From a virus, in IMG/VR virus record IMGVR_UViG_3300017971_000207, positions 1 through 64,000 of that record: a stretch of 64,000 bases of DNA. One strand, given 5' to 3'. Every line of letters starts with the position of its first letter. Position 1 is the stretch's first letter. The notes beneath the pieces were generated by a model. That model saw only the letters and a list, made by a program, of their open reading frames with translations. It was not told the DNA's origin and did not search any database. Below, in pieces: positions 37,643 through 46,000 of the stretch. The position numbers were made by a program, and so were the translations under genes.

Positions 37643-38346
37643 GACGCCTCCGAAGGCTCCGAGTCCACAACCTCGGCCTTGGCCTCAATAACCTCGGGCT
37701 CATCCGCTACACGGGCGAGCTTGCTCGCAAGCCCCAACAGCTTGCGGCGCTTCTCCGGGTTGGCGAGCACCTTAGCTACCTTGGGATCCCCTAGCCGGTC
37801 CTCCACGTGGGCAGTGATGTGGGCCTCGACATCAATCTTCCCCAGCTGCCGCTCATTGAGCCCCAGGTCCATCTTAAGCTGCGCGATGCTTGTCAGGATC
37901 TCGCGGGCCGCCCGTATCTCCTGCGTCATCGACGGGAATAGCTTGTTGATGGTCTTCTCGTTCTCGTACTCAATGCCTATCCGCTCCATCTGGACGGCAT
38001 AAAGCAACCAAAGCTCGTCGAGCTCATCTAGCCCCTCCGCGACACGCAGCGCTGCCTGCTCAAAGCAGAGCGGCATACGCCCCTTGATGAGCTGCGCAGA
38101 GGGAATCGTCGTCCGATAGCGACGCAGCATCGACACCAACCCCTCGCGGCTGGCGTCGGTGTATTCGTGGCGCTCCTCCTGAATGAACTCCGCTATCTTC
38201 CGGTCGCTCCACCCATCAAGGAACAGCTGATGCATCTCATCAAAGCACTTGAGCGCACGGAGCTTCGGGAAGTTGGTAGCGCGCCTGGTCGGCTTAATCT
38301 GAAAAGCCGCTGGCCGACGCTTGCGGCCGTTCTTCTTAGCAGTCAC
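37633..38346 (-). CDS. Putative terminase small subunit
   Basis: Overlaps the TerL start; N-terminal HTH, then helical region. Confidence 0.55.
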   Translation of the reverse strand: MTAKKNGRKRRPAAFQIKPTRRATNFPKLRALKCFDEMHQLFLDGWSDRKIAEFIQEERHEYTDASREGLVSMLRRYRTTIPSAQLIKGRMPLCFEQAALRVAEGLDELDELWLLYAVQMERIGIEYENEKTINKLFPSMTQEIRAAREILTSIAQLKMDLGLNERQLGKIDVEAHITAHVEDRLGDPKVAKVLANPEKRRKLLGLASKLARVADEPEVIEAKAEVVDSEPSEASCS

Positions 38347-38400
38347 GCCTCCAGCTTATCACGTTCAAACGCGATAGCCTAACCGCGCGAGATCGTTAGG

Positions 38401-38429
38401 TGCCTCGGGCGGGAGTCGAACCCACACCC
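38401..38429 (-). pseudogene. 3' fragment of interrupted tRNA (T-arm plus acceptor)
   Basis: GTGGG-TTCGACT-CCCGC-CCGAGGC-A; the acceptor pairs with GCCTCGG at 39026. Confidence 0.8.
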
Positions 38430-38439
38430 GACCAATCAG

Positions 38440-38524
38440 TGCCCAAGCTGGGAATCGAACCCAGACGCCTCTACGAGACAACGGGTTTTAAACCCGTCCC
38501 GACTACCAATTACGGCACTTGGGC
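38440..38524 (-). tRNA. trnL: tRNA-Leu(TAA), long variable arm
   Basis: GCCCAAG/CTTGGGC acceptor; ACGGG-TT TAA AA-CCCGT; CTGGG-TTCGATT-CCCAG. Confidence 0.9.
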
Positions 38525-38953
38525 TAGAAACTGCGCGCGAGGACGAGCCCCGCAAGAATAAACCTGCCTTCTCCTACTCCACTTACCAGAGCAAGACTTG
38601 CTACAAAATGGCCCCGCCTTACCCTGCTTCCTATTCGAGCGGACCACACGTGCCGGTTTAGTTCCTTGTCCCCCACACTCAGGACAAGCAAAAACCACAA
38701 GCTCCTCGGACCTCGCATGCTCTCGCGCGTGGTCCCCACGAGAGATAACCTCCAGATTACCCAACGCATTGTTGGCTCTGTTTCCATCCCTGTGATGAAC
38801 ACACTCCCAACTCTCCAGCTTACGGCCCAGATGCGCCTCCATAACCTCCCGATGCTCTAGAACACTACGCTTAGTACCATCCGACAATCTCTCGACCCTC
38901 ATTCGGTACCCCTTCATGTTATACCAACCAGACCTCCACGCAACTTCAACCAT
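38510..38953 (-). CDS. Free-standing HNH endonuclease with zinc finger
   Basis: LEHREVME...VHHRDGNRANNALGNLE...H; CPECG...FCSKSC. Confidence 0.9.
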   Translation of the reverse strand: MVEVAWRSGWYNMKGYRMRVERLSDGTKRSVLEHREVMEAHLGRKLESWECVHHRDGNRANNALGNLEVISRGDHAREHARSEELVVFACPECGGQGTKPARVVRSNRKQGKAGPFCSKSCSGKWSRRRQVYSCGARPRAQFLAQVP

Positions 38954-38976
38954 AACGATGGTTTAACACTGTCTCT

Positions 38977-39026
38977 ACCCACAGACCACTAGAACCTGCC
39001 GCCTCTACCAGCTGGGCTACCGAGGC
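38977..39026 (-). pseudogene. 5' fragment of interrupted tRNA-Leu-like gene
   Basis: GCCTCGG TA GCC-CAGCTGGTAGA-GGC G GCAGG-TTCTAGTGG-TCTGT GGGT; D-arm resembles the neighbouring Leu tRNAs. Confidence 0.8.
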
Positions 39027-39033
39027 TCACAGG

Positions 39034-39108
39034 TGCCCGAGAGAGGATTCGAACCTCCAACCTCGTCGTCCTAAGCGACGCGCCTCTACCTGGTTGGGCT
39101 ACTCGGGC
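39034..39108 (-). tRNA. trnL: tRNA-Leu(TAG), short variable loop
   Basis: GCCCGAG/CTCGGGC acceptor; CGTCG-CT TAG GA-CGACG; T-loop TTCGAAT. Confidence 0.9.
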
Positions 39109-39111
39109 TAG

Positions 39112-39186
39112 TGGTCAGAGGGGGATTCGAACCCCCAACCTTCGGCCCCTCAAGCCGACGCCTCTGCCTAGTTGGGCTACCTGACC
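39112..39186 (-). tRNA. trnL: tRNA-Leu(GAG), short variable loop
   Basis: GGTCAGG/TCTGACC acceptor; TCGGC-TT GAG GG-GCCGA; GGGGG-TTCGAAT-CCCCC. Confidence 0.9.
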
Positions 39187-39300
39187 GATACACATGTCTG
39201 CGCCCGTCCACCACCTCCCGGCGGGACGGGCCGTCAAAGCAACAGGTGTAGTCGGCGAGACATCACCGCCTAGACTGCCACAGAAGCCCATCTATGACAA

Positions 39301-39540
39301 CTACTCAGGAACGACCACGTGGTCGCCGCCCCCAACCTCTGGGAAGTACGCTTCATAGCCAGTCGGAGTAGGTGCAGATCTAACCACGTAAGGCATCCCA
39401 CAGCCACCGCAATGAGACAGCTCGCGCGTCTGCCCACAGCCAGGCACCGCCACACGCCCTCGGCAATGAGGACAGTAGATGTCGATCTTAGCACAGCAGC
39501 CCATCCGCTCAACCGCCAGCACCTCGACAACCCGGCCCAT
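39301..39540 (-). CDS. Small zinc-finger protein
   Basis: CPHC...CGGC; abuts the upstream stop. Confidence 0.55.
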   Translation of the reverse strand: MGRVVEVLAVERMGCCAKIDIYCPHCRGRVAVPGCGQTRELSHCGGCGMPYVVRSAPTPTGYEAYFPEVGGGDHVVVPE

Positions 39541-39747
39541 CTAACCGTCCTCCAGATCACGACGCCGCCCATCATCCAGCTTGCGGGCCTCCGCAAGGAG
39601 AAAGCGCTTGCGGTCCTCCTTGCTCATGCTCCGGGTCAGACCAAACAGGTCCGTCACCACCCCCAAGCACCACTGATAGCTCGGCTTGCCCGGCAGGTTG
39701 CGCTGCACATGCCTGGCGTACGCCTTCAAAGGATGACCCTTACTCAT
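39541..39747 (-). CDS. Small hypothetical protein
   Basis: GGAGGTGA SD. Confidence 0.6.
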   Translation of the reverse strand: MSKGHPLKAYARHVQRNLPGKPSYQWCLGVVTDLFGLTRSMSKEDRKRFLLAEARKLDDGRRRDLEDG

Positions 39748-39774
39748 CTCACCTCCCCAACAAAGCTCCAGCAG

Positions 39775-39966
39775 TCACCGTCTGCGCCCCTTACGGCGCA
39801 GCTCCTGGCTCCTCGGACTAGTAACCCTCCCCTCCCACTCGTGAGCACACCCCAAACACCGCAGGTTAGCCCTAGCGTTCATGTCGTAGGTGTCTGGGTT
39901 AAGCACCTCTATCACCTCCACACGCCAACTACCGCACTTCTCGCACACTGTCCTACGCTCTGCCAT
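39775..39966 (-). CDS. Small zinc-ribbon protein
   Basis: MAERRTVCEKCGS...CLGCAHEW. Confidence 0.55.
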   Translation of the reverse strand: MAERRTVCEKCGSWRVEVIEVLNPDTYDMNARANLRCLGCAHEWEGRVTSPRSQELRRKGRRR

Positions 39967-39967
39967 C

Positions 39968-40717
39968 TCACCACCCCAGCAACGTGCGCGCCGCAACCGC
40001 CTCACCGATACGGCGATCCACCTCCCTCAGCGGCTCGTCCAGCTCCTCCCACGGGACCAACCAATGCGACTTGGGGGTGGGCTGCTCCTTGGCCCACGCA
40101 ACCCACGTCTCTCGGACCAACCGACCCAGCTCCTCGCGGTCGCCCAAGCCCGAGATGATGTTCCGGGTAAGCAGCCCTCTGGATAGCAGCCTGATATCCT
40201 TCTCCGGTGGCGCTGTGTGGTCCCCGTTATCCCAGAAGACGATGACGTCCCCAGATAGAAAATGCTTCGTCAGATTCTCCCCCACCATCAAGGCTACCCC
40301 CCGCCGCCCGTCATGCCCAACAACCACCGCCTGCGACAGCTCCCCCGAAAGAAGCTCCTCCAGCTGCGCCCCGTTGACGAGACGCCCGGACTCCGCCCGC
40401 GCCTCACCCTGCAAGCGCTCCCGCGTCCGCTGGACAAGCTCCATAGCCTCCTGCGGGGATAGGTCCCCAACGTCCACGTACTGCACACACGGAGCAGCCC
40501 GTAAAGGCGCGTCTTCGCCCGAGGACGGCTCCTCCGCCGCTTTCTCCAGCTCAAAGCGGTGCCAGTCCCTAAGCCGGCACAAGGCCGCCAGAGGCGAATC
40601 TGCGTCTGGACGCTCCGGCCTCAGCTCCCCCAGATACCCCACATCGCCGACCCGCTCCACCTCCTCCAGCAAATCCAACGCCGCTCTTATGAAACCTCGC
40701 ACAACCTTGCTAGCCAT
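39968..40717 (-). CDS. Hypothetical protein
   Basis: 249 aa; C-terminal WLVPWEELDE..REVDR resembles a RyR-like repeat motif. Confidence 0.55.
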   Translation of the reverse strand: MASKVVRGFIRAALDLLEEVERVGDVGYLGELRPERPDADSPLAALCRLRDWHRFELEKAAEEPSSGEDAPLRAAPCVQYVDVGDLSPQEAMELVQRTRERLQGEARAESGRLVNGAQLEELLSGELSQAVVVGHDGRRGVALMVGENLTKHFLSGDVIVFWDNGDHTAPPEKDIRLLSRGLLTRNIISGLGDREELGRLVRETWVAWAKEQPTPKSHWLVPWEELDEPLREVDRRIGEAVAARTLLGW

Positions 40718-40723
40718 AACACG

Positions 40724-40752
40724 ACGGTACTATATAGCTGGAGGATTGTCAA
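40724..40752 (-). promoter_or_regulatory. Sigma70-like promoter (leaderless)
   Basis: TTGACA-17 nt-TACCGT, 6 nt before ATG 40717. Confidence 0.6.
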
Positions 40753-40939
40753 GAACCTGGGTCGGGGAGAGAGGCACCAAACGAACGACCGCACATACCC
40801 GCTCGGGGACGACGGACACTGTCACTGACCGCACCAGGTAGCTAGTGCCCTTGTGCTCCACCGCCGTCCCTGTATGGGGGGGCTCCCGCGTGAATATTCG
40901 AGCGAGCCGCTCGCTGCCCAGATAGTAGCAGGTCTCCAC
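40730..40939 (-). CDS. Small hypothetical protein
   Basis: GGAGG SD. Confidence 0.5.
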   Translation of the reverse strand: METCYYLGSERLARIFTREPPHTGTAVEHKGTSYLVRSVTVSVVPERVCAVVRLVPLSPTQVLDNPPAI

Positions 40940-40942
40940 AGC

Positions 40943-41344
40943 CTAACCTCCCGACGCGGGCTCAAGAGTGCCGGTCCACCCGTTCTTGGCGGTCCAGCGG
41001 AAGCCCGACTCCTCCCCATCCACCAGCACGACGCGCGCGAAGCTCGCCACCCCGTCCTCGCCCTCACGGAGGCGCACCTCCGACAACGACAAGCGGTCTC
41101 GGTGTATGTCCGCGACCACTGCCAGCTCGTCCAACGCCTTCTCCGTCGTCAAGCTTTTAACCATCTCCACCTCCGTCCTCAGATGCACACAAAGGGCACC
41201 CTGGTGAGCCGCAGCACTCTCGCACCGCAAGACTCTCGGGGTCCTCCTCGTACCAGCTGTCACCACAATCCAAGCAGCGCCACTCAAAGCGCAGCGGGGC
41301 AACGTACTGCACGCCGCCGGTCTTCTCTCGACGCTTGTGCTCAC
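40943..41344 (-). CDS. Hypothetical protein, possible SWIM-like zinc finger
   Basis: C...CVH motif. Confidence 0.4.
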   Translation of the reverse strand: MSTSVERRPAACSTLPRCALSGAAWIVVTAGTRRTPRVLRCESAAAHQGALCVHLRTEVEMVKSLTTEKALDELAVVADIHRDRLSLSEVRLREGEDGVASFARVVLVDGEESGFRWTAKNGWTGTLEPASGG

Positions 41345-41347
41345 AAC

Positions 41348-42262
41348 TCACCACACCACTCCAGCAAGGTCCCGAAGGCTCCCCTCCAGGTCCCGCTCAA
41401 ACTCGCCCCTAAGCTCAGCAGGAACATCCACCCAACCAGCTCGAACGTCGTCCACCCTCAACGAGAGCACCTCGTCCTCCTTCACGATCTTAGGGGGCTC
41501 TTCCCCAGACCCCCGTCGCACAAAGAAGCGCGCTGAGCCAAAGCGCTCCAGCTGAGAATCCCACAAGGCATAGTCCCGGACAAGCACAGCAGGATCATCT
41601 ACAACCTCGCGCAGACGCTGAGTCAGAAAGGCGCCCCCATCCCGCTTTGACGAGGTAAGAAACACCTTCCCGCGACCGGCCGCTCCAAAGCGCGACCTAA
41701 CACGGCGGCGCAGACCCAAGTAGACCTTTCTAAGATCCTTGGCCGTAAACTTCGAGGTGACGGGAGCCTCCACTAGCACTCCCAACAAGTTGCGCCCTAG
41801 ACTAGTCCCCGAGGACAGCGCGCCGGCCGTTACACAGATGTCCGAGGGGAATCGCAGCTCGCCTGGTCGCTCCTCGTGAGGAAACGTCTCACAGAAGTAG
41901 GGGCTGCTCCGGAGCATGCGCGCAACACCCCCGAGGATGACATCAGACGCAAACGCCGGGCTAACGCTAAGACACCCCAGCGAAACGACTGACCCCGACC
42001 CAAGCCCGAGAGACGCCTGCGGGTCTCGGAGGCGCGACAGCTCGTAGAGCATACGGCAAAGAGCCGCCGACGCGGCAAACGTCTTCCCCGAGCCCAGTCC
42101 CCCCGTGAATATCACCTCGTCGAACGGCCCGCGGAAAACCTCCTGGAGGTCCGACAGCCACTGAGGATACAAACCCACACCGCCTAAGTAACGCTCGTCC
42201 CTAAAGAACGTTTCAACGTCCACCAGCTCCTGCTTGTAGGTACCTTCGCTGTCAGCCCTCAC
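41348..42262 (-). CDS. Truncated terminase large-subunit paralog (ATPase domain only)
   Basis: Collinear with the TerL N-terminal half (LYPQWLSDL, EVIFTGGLGSGKTF, CRMLYELS, VRDYALWDS, FERDLEGSLRDLAGV). Confidence 0.88.
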   Translation of the reverse strand: MRADSEGTYKQELVDVETFFRDERYLGGVGLYPQWLSDLQEVFRGPFDEVIFTGGLGSGKTFAASAALCRMLYELSRLRDPQASLGLGSGSVVSLGCLSVSPAFASDVILGGVARMLRSSPYFCETFPHEERPGELRFPSDICVTAGALSSGTSLGRNLLGVLVEAPVTSKFTAKDLRKVYLGLRRRVRSRFGAAGRGKVFLTSSKRDGGAFLTQRLREVVDDPAVLVRDYALWDSQLERFGSARFFVRRGSGEEPPKIVKEDEVLSLRVDDVRAGWVDVPAELRGEFERDLEGSLRDLAGVVW

Positions 42263-42747
42263 TCGACCTCCTCCTGAACCCCCTTAGCAAAGTTGGCATC
42301 GTCCACCACACACCCCAGAGTCGGATGGCCCCGCAAAGGCGCCGCGGCGCCTCCATCCTGGCGAGCATACTCAACCCGGAAAGCGCGATCACGCGCAGCC
42401 AGATGCCCCGCAAAGCCCTCGTGAGTCCGAGAGCGCACAACGTCCGAGGGTATCTTGTAGGGCGACGGCGTGGCCGGGACAGTGATTGTCCAACCGTCGG
42501 GGTCCAGCCGAGCCTCTACCCACTGCGGGTCCTGATAACCGGGCGGTACCAACTGCCCGGTGTCCAGAACAGCCTCGTCCCCGTTCTCAAAGCGACACCT
42601 AAGCTTGTCCGCCTCCACCGCCACCGCAGTCATCGTTAAAAAGCTGCAATCAAAGTTGTGGTTCATCCCAGATATCCCGCGTACAGCTGCTCCCTGCTCA
42701 ATACACAGCCAAGGGCTACGAGCACCACCCCCCAAAGAACTCCCCAT
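42259..42747 (-). CDS. DUF2442-like hypothetical protein
   Basis: V..DKLRCRFENG...VLD...ARLDPDGWTITVP pattern, judged by eye. Confidence 0.4.
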   Translation of the reverse strand: MGSSLGGGARSPWLCIEQGAAVRGISGMNHNFDCSFLTMTAVAVEADKLRCRFENGDEAVLDTGQLVPPGYQDPQWVEARLDPDGWTITVPATPSPYKIPSDVVRSRTHEGFAGHLAARDRAFRVEYARQDGGAAAPLRGHPTLGCVVDDANFAKGVQEEVE

Positions 42748-43042
42748 CCAGCGTCATCATGATGCCCGTCCCTTCCTCATCCCCGTCCTTTAGAAGGTCT
42801 CTCATAGCCAAGATGCTGCCATCCTCATACCGGTAAAGGCGAACCGCAGAAAGCGTGAGGCGATGACGCAGCTCCGCAGGGAGACCCCAATCATCCGAGT
42901 GGTGCAACGCCCACCAAACCATATCCGAAAGATCCAGATTAGCGCGGGCCTTGATGCCCACACGCTCCAGCGCGTCCAACAGCTCCTCGCGAATCGCCTC
43001 GTCCAACCTGGTGTTACCCTTACCATCGTCCGTATAAAACAC
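42716..43042 (-). CDS. Hypothetical protein
   Basis: GGAG SD, GTG start. Confidence 0.5.
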   Translation of the reverse strand: MFYTDDGKGNTRLDEAIREELLDALERVGIKARANLDLSDMVWWALHHSDDWGLPAELRHRLTLSAVRLYRYEDGSILAMRDLLKDGDEEGTGIMMTLDGEFFGGWCS

Positions 43043-43076
43043 TGTCGTCTCCTTCTAGAAGCTTAGTGAGGCGCCC

Positions 43077-46000
43077 TCAATGAGCTGCCCATGACCTGCC
43101 AGTATCTCCCTCAGCGACGCACGGAACTGATCGCATCATCGGCTGAATGCCCTCAATCATCGCCTGCTCCACCTCCAGCTTCACCTGCGCCACGAGCTCC
43201 TCGTCATCGTCACACTCGACCACGATCTCGTCGTGCACCATGTGAACCATCTTGGCCCGAGAGCCGAAGCGCTTCAGGCGGAAGTACACGTTGCGTAGGG
43301 AGCGCTTGAGGCCGTCGGCCCCCGAGCCTTGGATCGGGGTGTTCCCTGTTATGAACACATGCCCACTACGCCGAGCCACGAAGAAGGTATTAGGAACAAT
43401 TGGGCACCATATCCCGAAAACACCCTTGAGCTGCCTCACATGCTTCTTAAGCACCTGCGCCTTGTCGCGGTTGAGCACAGTAACCTGCCAGTGCTCCGTC
43501 CCCTTGGGAACATTCTTAAGCTTGGGCGACCTCGGCCTGTACTTCCGCATATCGCGCTTCTTGATGGAGCCCACGTAACCGCAAAGCGTGCAGAGAATCT
43601 GGAAAACTTCTGCTCCCTCTCGGGAACGGCTGACAAAGGCCGTCTTATCGCTACGCCACCCATCCCCACCGATCATGGTTTGGAGCAGTAGACGACACTG
43701 CCGAGCCGTAAGCAGATTAAGAAGGTCCATGGTCAAAACACGGCCGGGGCAGAGCTGCACCAAAACCTCATTCAGAGGGTGCCGAAAGTACCACATACGC
43801 CCCCCCGCTTCCCCATTCTCGCTCTTCGAGTACCTCATCCCCAATCTACCCAGAAGCGCCTCAATACAAGCCACCTTATAAGGGTTAGCCCGCACACTCT
43901 GATAGAGCTTCAAGGACACCCCACTAGGCTTAGGACCACGCTTTCCGGGACGGTCGTAGACCCTACGGGTCTTCTGAATACCGCCGTCCGTCAACCACCA
44001 ACCAGCAAGCTCCACAAAGTCGTCCGACAGGAGGCTACTCTCGGGCCCTTCGTACCGACCGGTGCGATGGATGCGATCGTCACCATGACGCGAGAGTGTT
44101 GATGTCCGTCGCTCCATGTCCTTTCGGGCGCCCTTGTTGTAGACAAGCCAACGATGGTCCGCTGTGGACACCGCATGAAACGACTTTGACTTGAACTCCG
44201 TAAGCTCCCTCTCCACAGGCTCAAACACCCTTAAGTCCGTAGGAGCCTGCCACTCTAAGGCACCTGTTTTTGGGTTCTTGGTCAGAATCTCGTCGCCCAG
44301 AGCAAGATCCGGCCCTCTGACCCACCCCCGGCGTGTGAGCGCCTCCGTTTCAAAGTCTAGGCAGTTGAAGTACTCATTGCGCGCCGTCTCGGGGTCGAGG
44401 TAGCGCCGACGGCCCCACAGGGTGCGGGCATAGGGGACACGCTTCGCATCACGCAGAGAGCGCTCCTGCCACGCGCGCACGCGCGGGTAGCCGTCAAAGT
44501 AACGCTTGATGAACTTGTTGGCCTGCGCCTCTGTGATCGTCACCCCGTAGTTAGCCTGGGAGTACACGACCAGCTTCGCAGCTCCTAGCCCGTAGATGAG
44601 CCCGAAGTTGACCGGCTTCGCCGCCTGGCGCTGCGCCTTGGTCACCTCATCGTAGGGAACTCCCGCGACGATGCTAGCCGTCCGACGGTGCGCATCCTCC
44701 CCCCGAAGGTAGATACCAATAAGCACAGGGTCCTGCGTCACCTCCGCAGCAAGACGGAGCTCTATCTGTGAGTTATGACTAACAAAGCCGTCGCTGATAT
44801 AGGTCACGGGACCAGGGACCGACAGGTCATAGACATCCTCCTCACCATCAAGCTCTATCGAGTCCACCGCATCGAAGAACGTCCCGTCCTCCACCGTCCG
44901 GCTCAACCCCAGCTCCCGATAAACCTCCGGGTGCTCCTCGCGCAGCTTCACAGCCACCAGAAAGCTGACAGACCGCCCCAGAGACGCCGTGTTGTTGAGC
45001 AATCTCCGTACCTCCCCCTCCAGCCTCAGCTCCCTAACACGCTCCTGCATATTAGGCACAGAGCCCACCGTCGGAGATACGGGACCACGCCCTATCAAGC
45101 CCGACAGCTTCCCCTGCTTGCGCCACGAGAAGAACCCCACAGTCTCCACAAACCTAGAGAGGAACAACCGGGGGACACGCAGCGACCAGCCCACATAACG
45201 ACGCCCCTCCCCATGCCGCTCCTTGCGCCGAGTAGACAACACCCCCAGAGCCAGGAGCAGCTGTTGGACCTCAACAATAAGACGCCTGCGGGAGGAGACC
45301 AGCTTCACGTGGTCCCCCCCAGCACTACCGTCCGCCTCAAAGAGGCCCCGCAAAAAGGCGCCCACCACACGCGGCGGAGAGGACCAAAGAAACCCAGGCA
45401 CAGCCCCCTTTGAAACGCCTAAAGCTACAAACCAGTCGCGAAGCTGCTTGCGATTGACGTGCGTCTCAATGACGCCACGATACTCCTTGACATGTAGATC
45501 ACGAAGCCCGAACAGCTCCTCACACAGCCCCAGCAGACGCTCATGGACCGCCGGGTCCTTAGCGTTTACCACCCACCGAAGATAGTTGGACCCTAGATTC
45601 CCGTCCCCCACAAAGTAACCAACAAAGAAAGCCAAGTCCTCAGAGACCTCCCCAGGAACACGAACCTCCTTGCTGTTGACGCCACCAGAAGGCTTAGGCG
45701 GCAGCACAACCTTCGACGAAGCCTCCGACAAACCCCGGCCGGATTGCACAGCCACGTAGTCCGACGGCCCTATCTCATGTAGACGCTTCCAAACATAGGC
45801 TCCCTCACGGTCAAGGACTCTAATACGGTGAAGAGACGTAGCACGCAGCTCGTAGCCAAGCTTCGTCCGAATCCGATAGACAGACTGGACCCCTTTAGAG
45901 ATACGGTCGCTCACTCGATGCTTCGTCCCGTCCTCCACCAAGACCTCAGCACCTACGGCAACATTCTCCACCGGCACCAAACCCTCCGATGTCGCCACGC

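Noticed and set aside
38989-38994. Possible amber-suppressor (CTA) anticodon in the split tRNA, implying TAG recoding
   Set aside because: The loop is 9 nt and the gene is interrupted; TAG serves as a normal stop for many genes here.
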